Positions 36,250-64,000 of a DNA stretch of 64,000 nt are shown piece after piece. Under the pieces are notes generated by a model. The model did not search any database. It saw only the letters and a program-made list of their open reading frames with translations, and was not told the DNA's origin. The translations under genes and the position numbers were made by a program. This DNA comes from the human T2T-CHM13v2.0 reference genome, Homo sapiens, in assembly GCF_009914755.1 (NCBI RefSeq), contig NC_060932.1; one strand, written 5' to 3'. The number at the start of each line of letters is the position of its first letter. The stretch's first letter is position 1.

Positions 36250-39200
36250 CTAAAACAGCTATCTGTGACTGTTTGTGATGTGTGCATTCAGCTCACAGAG
36301 TTAAACCTTTCTTTAGATTCAGCTGATTGGAAGCACTCTTTTTATAGAATCTGCAAAAGGACATATTGGAGCCCATGAAGGCCTCCACTGGATCACACTA
36401 TAAAAACTAGAAAGAAGCTATCTTTGAAACCTCTTTGTGATGTGTGCACTCAGCTCACAGAGTTAAACGTTTCTTTTGTTTCAACAGTTAGGAAACACGT
36501 TTTTTGTAGAATCTGCAAAGGAAAGTTTCAGAACCCACTGAGGTCTGTAGTGAAAAACCGAATATCTTGTCATAAAAACTATAAAGAAGCTCTATGTGAA
36601 ACCACTTTGTGAGATGTGGATTCAGCTCACAGAGTCAAACCTTCCTTTTGATTCAACAGGTTGGAAACACTCCTTTTGTAGAACTTATGAAGGGACATTT
36701 TGGACCTCACTGAGGCTATATGAAAATTGGAATATCTTCTGTAAAAACAACAGAAAAGCTATCTGTGAAAGTGGTTTGTGACGTGTGGATTCAGCTCAAA
36801 GAGTTAATTATTTTGATTCATCAGGTTGGAAACAGTTTTTCTAGAATCTGTGAAAGGATATTGAGCAGCCCACTGAAGCCTATAGTGAAAAACAAAATTT
36901 TCCACAATAAAACCTAGAAGGAAGCTATCTTTGAAACTGCTTTGAGATGTGTGCATTCAGCTCACAGAGATAAACCTTTCTTTTGATTCAACAGGTTGGA
37001 AACTCTCTTGTTGTAGAATCTGCAAATGGATATTTGGAAGCCCACTGAAGCCTATAGTGAAAAATCAAATATACTGTGATAAAAATTAGAAAGAAGCTAT
37101 CCGTTAAACTGTTTTGTGTTTTGTGGATTCACCTCACAGAGATAAACCTTTCTTTTGATTCAACAGGTGGTAACACAACTTTGAAGAATCTGCAGAGGGA
37201 CATTTCATAGCCCACTGAGGCCTATAGTCAGAAACCAAATATCCCATGATAAAAACTAGAAAGAAGCTATCTGTGAAACTGCTTTGTGATGTGTGGATTC
37301 AGGTCACAGAGATAAAACTGTCCTTTGATTTATCAAGTTTGAAACAGTTTTTTTTTTTAGAATCTGCGAGGGAACATTTTGAAACCCACTAAGGTTTATG
37401 GTGAAAAACTGAATATCCCAGGATAAAAAGTAGAAAGAAGCTATCTTTTAAACTACTTTCATCTGTGTGCACATAGCTCATGGAGATAAATCTTCCTTTT
37501 GACTCAGAAGGTTGGAAACACTCTCTTTGTAGAATCTGGAAAGGAATATTTTACACCCCACTGATGCTTATAGAGAAAAACCAAATATACCTCAATAAAA
37601 ACAAGAAAGAAGCTATCAGAGAAATGCATTATGATGTGTGGATTCAGCTAAGAGAGTTAAACCTTTCTTTGATTCAGCTGGTTGGAAAGACTTTTTTTGT
37701 TAGAATCTCTGAAGGGACATTTCAAAGCCAACTGAAGCCTATAGAAAAAACTGAATATCCAGAGATAAAAATTTGAATGAATCTGTCTGTGAAACTGCTT
37801 TGTGATATGTGGATTCAGCTCACATAGGTAAACCTTTCTTTTGATTAAGCAGATTGAAAATACTCTTTTTGTGGAATCTGCAAGGGGATATTTCAGAGCC
37901 AAATGAGGGCTATTATGAAAAACTGAATATCTTGTGATAAAAACTAGAAAAATGGCATCTGTAAAACTGTTTGGTGAAGAGTGCATTCACCTCACAGAGT
38001 TAAATGTTTCCTTTGATTCAGCAGATTGGAAACACTGTCTTTGTAGCATGTGCGAAGAGACATTTTAAAGCCCACAGAGGCCTTTAGTGAAAAACAAAAT
38101 ATCCTGCCATAAAAACTAGAGAGAAGCTATCTGTGAAGCTGCTTTGTGAAGTGTGCATTCATCTCACAGAGGTAAACTATTATTTTGATTCAGCTGGTTG
38201 GAAATACTCTTTATTTAGAATCTGCAAAGGGACTTTTCAGAGCACATTGAGGACTATAGTAATAAACCGAATATCCCACAGTAAAAACTAGAAGGAAGCT
38301 ATCTGTGAAACTACTTGTGATCTGTGCATTCAGCTCACAGAGTTAAACCTTTCTTGTTGATTCAGCTGGTGGAAACACACCTTTTGTAGAATCAGTGAAA
38401 GGACATTTCGTAGCAGACTGAGGCCTGTAGTCAAAAACCAAATATCCAGCGAAAAAAACTAGAAACAAGCTATATGTGAAAGTGCTTTTTGATTTATGCA
38501 TTTAGCTCACTGAGTTAAACTTTTTTTTGATTCAGAAGGTTGGAAATACTCTATTTGTAGAACCTGTGAATGGACATTTTTGAGCAAACTGAGGCCTATA
38601 ATGAAAAAATGAATATCCGGTTATATAAACTGGAAAGAAGCTATCTGTGAAACTGCTTTGTGACGTGCATTCAGCTCATAAAGTTAAATTTTTCTTTTGA
38701 TTCAGCAGGTTGGAAATACTCTTTCTGCAGAATCTGCAAAGGGACATTTCTGGGAAAACTGATGACTATTGTGATCAACAAAATATTCTGCAATAAAAAT
38801 TAGAAGGAATATATCTGTGAAACAGCTTTGTGATGAGTGCATTCAGCTCAAGTGCTAAATCTTTCTTTTGATTCTGCAGTTTAGAAATACTCTTATTGCA
38901 GGATCTGCAAGGAGACATTTCAGAGACAACTGAGGTCATAGTGAAAAACCAAATATCAAGTGATGAAAACTAGAAAGAAGCTATCTGTGAAACTGCTTTG
39001 TGAAGTGTGGATTCAGCTCACAAAGGGAAACCTTTCTTAGGGTTCAGCAGGTTGGAAACACTATTTTTGTAGAATCTGTGAAGAACCATTTTGGAGCCCA
39101 CTGTGCCCATTCAACCAGTTGGAAACACTCATTTTTTTTAGAATCTGTGAAGAAATATTTCAGAGCCCAATGAAGCCTATAGTGAAAAAAAGAATATCCC

Positions 39201-40736
39201 TTGATAAAACTAGAAAGTAGCTATATGTGAAACTGTTTTGTGGTTTGTGGATTCAGCTCACAGAGCTAAACCTTTCCTTTGATTCAGTAGGTTGAAAACA
39301 CTCATTTCATAGTTTCTACAAAGAGATATTTTAAAGCTCACTGGAGCCTATAGTGAAAAACTGAATATTCCATGATAAATACTAGAAAGAGGCTATCTGT
39401 GAAACTGCTTGTGATGTGTGCATTCAGCTCACAGAGGTAAACTTTTCTTTTAATTCAGCAGGGTGGAAACCTTTTTGTAGAATTTTTGAAGGGACATTTT
39501 GGAGTCTACTGATGCCATAGTGTAAAACCATGTGCACCATGATAAACACTAGAAAGAAGCTATATACGTATCATATGTGCCACGATGAATGTATCATATA
39601 TATGTGTTGTATGTATGTATCATATGTATGTATGTATCATATGTATGTATTGTATGTACCACGATATATGTATCGATGTATGTATCATATGTACAATGAT
39701 GTATGTATCATATGTACCACAATAAACACTAGAAAGCTATTGGTGTATGTATCATATGTACCACATATGTATCATATTTACCATGTATGTACCACAAACG
39801 TATCATATGTACCACGTATGTACCACGATGTATGTACCACATATGTATGTACATGATGCATGTACCACATATCTACCATGATGTATGTATTGTATGTACC
39901 ATGATAAACACTACAAAGAAGATATCTGTGAAACTCCTTTGTGATGTGGGGATTCAGATCACACAGTTAAACCTTTCTTTTCATTCAGCAGGTTGGACAC
40001 AATATTTTGTAGAATCAGTGAGAAAACTTCAAAACAAACCGAGATTGAAAACATTATTTTTGTAGAATCTGCAAAGGGACATTTCAGAGCATACTGAGGC
40101 CTGTTGTGAAAAATCGAATATCCCACTATACAAACTGTAAAGAAGCTATCTGTGAAACTGCTTTGTGATAAGTAGATTCACCTAACAGAGTTAAACCTTT
40201 ATTCTGATTCAGTTGATTGGAAATAGTCTTGTAAAATCTGCGAAGGGACATGTGGGACCCGACTGAGGCCAATACTGAAAAATCGAATATCCCATAGTAA
40301 TAACTAGAAAGATTGATCTGTGAAACTGCTTTGCAATGTGTGGATTTAGCCCACAGTTAATTAATTCTTTCTATTCAGCAGGTTGTAAACACACTTTTTG
40401 TATAATCTGTGAATGGACATTTAAAGACACTGAGGTTTATAATGAAAAACTGAATATCTGGTGATAACAACTAGAAAGAAGCTATCTGTGAAAGTACTTG
40501 GTGACGTGTGGATGCAGCTCACAAAGGTAAACATTTCTTTTGATTCAGCAGGCTGGAAACCATCTTTTTGTAAACCTGCGAGGTGACATTTTGGAGGGCT
40601 ATAAGGCCTGTGGTGAAAAACCTAATATCCCGCAATAGAAACTAGAATGAAACTATCTGTGAAACTGCTTTGTTATGTGTTGATTGACCTCAAAGAGTTA
40701 AACCGTGATTTTGATTCAGCAGGTTGGCAACACTCC
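36250..40736 (+). repeat. Monomeric alpha satellite, plus orientation (inverted relative to flanking alpha blocks)
   Basis: AAAACTAGAAAGAAGCTATCTGTGAAACTGCTTTGTGATGTGTGGATTCAGCTCACAGAGTTAAACC...GAGCCCACTGAGGCCTATAGTGAAAAAC units. Confidence 0.97.
39564..39893. repeat. Low-complexity TATG/CATA/TACCAC expansion inside an alpha monomer
   Basis: Recurrent ~22 bp GATGTATGTATCATATGTACCAC-like units. Confidence 0.85.
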
Positions 40737-43623
<2,887 letters not shown>

Positions 43624-43641
43624 CTATAGACTTTTTGTTCC

Positions 43642-63861
<20,220 letters not shown>

Positions 63862-64000
63862 CACAGATAGCTTCTTTTAAATTTTTATCACCAGGTGTAT
63901 GTTTTTCCACTACAGGCCTAAGTGCACTCCAAAATGTCACTTCACAGATTCTACAGAAAGAATGTTTCCTACCTGCTGAATCAAGAGAAAGATTTAACTC
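63862..64000 (-). repeat. Monomeric alpha satellite (continues beyond window)
   Basis: The alphoid monomer resumes after the Alu TSD. Confidence 0.93.

Noticed and set aside
39530-39856. Tyr/Met/Cys/His-rich 108 aa ORF (and the IY-repeat ORF at 53361-53609)
   Set aside because: Both are translations of low-complexity TATG and TA expansions.

Overview
This is hominoid (human/great-ape-type) pericentromeric DNA made entirely of repeats. I can support no protein-coding gene, RNA gene, CRISPR array or other gene system. Layout: divergent monomeric alpha satellite with no CENP-B boxes seen (minus, ~1-18.2 kb); GSATX/GSAT-like gamma satellite (~218 bp units, 18.25-23.1 kb); an oppositely oriented GSATII-like array (216 bp units, 23.1-36.2 kb) carrying a solo LTR12C; alpha satellite in plus orientation (36.25-40.7 kb); a 5'-truncated L1PA4-like element; then minus alpha satellite (43.6-64 kb). 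There are also a twin-primed L1PA3-like element and three AluY-like elements. The most unusual signals are structural: three junctions with fold-back/hairpin signatures (23.1, 36.25, 43.63 kb), a near-perfect 100 bp spacer-less AT palindrome (53.4 kb), a templated TATG-rich expansion with a triplicated alpha segment (39.5-39.9 kb), and relic higher-order periodicity inside 'monomeric' alpha satellite. Subfamily names come from recalled consensus sequences and need RepeatMasker/Dfam confirmation.
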